From: Octopus bimaculoides
Taxonomy: Eukaryota
Assembly: GCF_001194135.2 (NCBI RefSeq)
Contig: NC_068993.1
Coordinates: forward strand, 1,998,254-2,062,253
DNA length: 64,000 nt
Direction of reading: 5' to 3'
Positions within the stretch are counted from its first letter, which is position 1. Every line of letters starts with the position of its first letter. Shown here in pieces: positions 63,205 to 64,000 of this stretch. Below the pieces are notes generated by a model. The model searched no databases, was not told the DNA's origin, and worked only from the letters and a program-made list of their open reading frames with translations. A program made the translations under genes and the position numbers.

Positions 63205-64000
63205 TATATATGTATGTATGTATGTATGCATGTATGTATGTATGTATGTATCTATATATACAGATATATAAATATAAATATACAAGAATATATATGTCTG
63301 TGTATATGCATGTATGTATATACCTCATATGCATACTTATATGAAGCATATGATGAAAGTTAAGAATTTGCTATCATTGTTCTCATAAATTAAACCGACA
63401 TGCAACACTATTGCGAATAGTTAAACATAGTTGCAGTAAGACGCGGGAAGATACGATGAAGAAGCAACGTTGTTATAAACATTTGTGTAAGCTCCAAATA
63501 TAGATCGTAAAATATTGTAATCAAACAAATGTAACGATAGGCAGACGGCTAAGTGAATTTTATATTTTAATAAAACCTATTCTCTCTTGGCATGGTTTGT
63601 GATGTCCACAAAAAGACACATTGAAGAAAATATACTTATATGAATCAGTTCTTGTTCTGTTTTCGTTTTTATTTCTTTACAAACATAAATGTGATATTTA
63701 CTTCTAATTCAGAATTCATCTAAGATTTATATCTAGCTCATAATTTTTCAAGACGATTTTCTTTTTATTTTGGTGCTTAATCTGCTACGTTTTAATATAT
63801 GCAGAAGAAGGTGTGGCTTCGGTGACTAGTTGAAGCAGAATCTGGTGAAGTCGAATATATATATATACATGTTTGTGCGTGTGTGTGTTTCTTATGTTAT
63901 CATATATATATATATTAATATTCTATAATGATTTATTCTGAGTAATGTATGCGTCAACATGTGCACACACTATGGCACATATGCACAAGCACGCATATAC

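Overview
AT-rich, microsatellite-saturated eukaryotic (animal) genomic DNA with 11 N-gaps (about 2.2 kb in total), each touching a (TA)n tract on at least one side. The recurrent tRNA-derived SINEs, R4/Dong-type and RTE LINE remnants and the microsatellite load match what I recall of octopus (coleoid cephalopod) genomes; this is an inference, not a database result. No intact protein-coding gene, RNA gene or CRISPR array is supportable, and nearly all long ORFs in the track are read-throughs of simple repeats or N-gaps. Supported content: decayed transposase fragments (Chapaev3-like CMC, Tc1/mariner-like, possibly PIF/Harbinger), R4/Dong and RTE LINE pieces, about a dozen SINE copies, a Helentron/HINE-like element and two minisatellites. 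The most interesting unexplained structures are an 89-nt pri-miRNA-shaped hairpin (30785-30873), a 181-bp foldback (27397-27577), a candidate BTB-domain exon (6262-6327), a pair of frame-compatible candidate exons (32494-33310), a double-CRE/E-box cluster (25098-25147) and a neuropeptide-precursor-like small ORF (58220-58477). All of these need RNA or homology tests.
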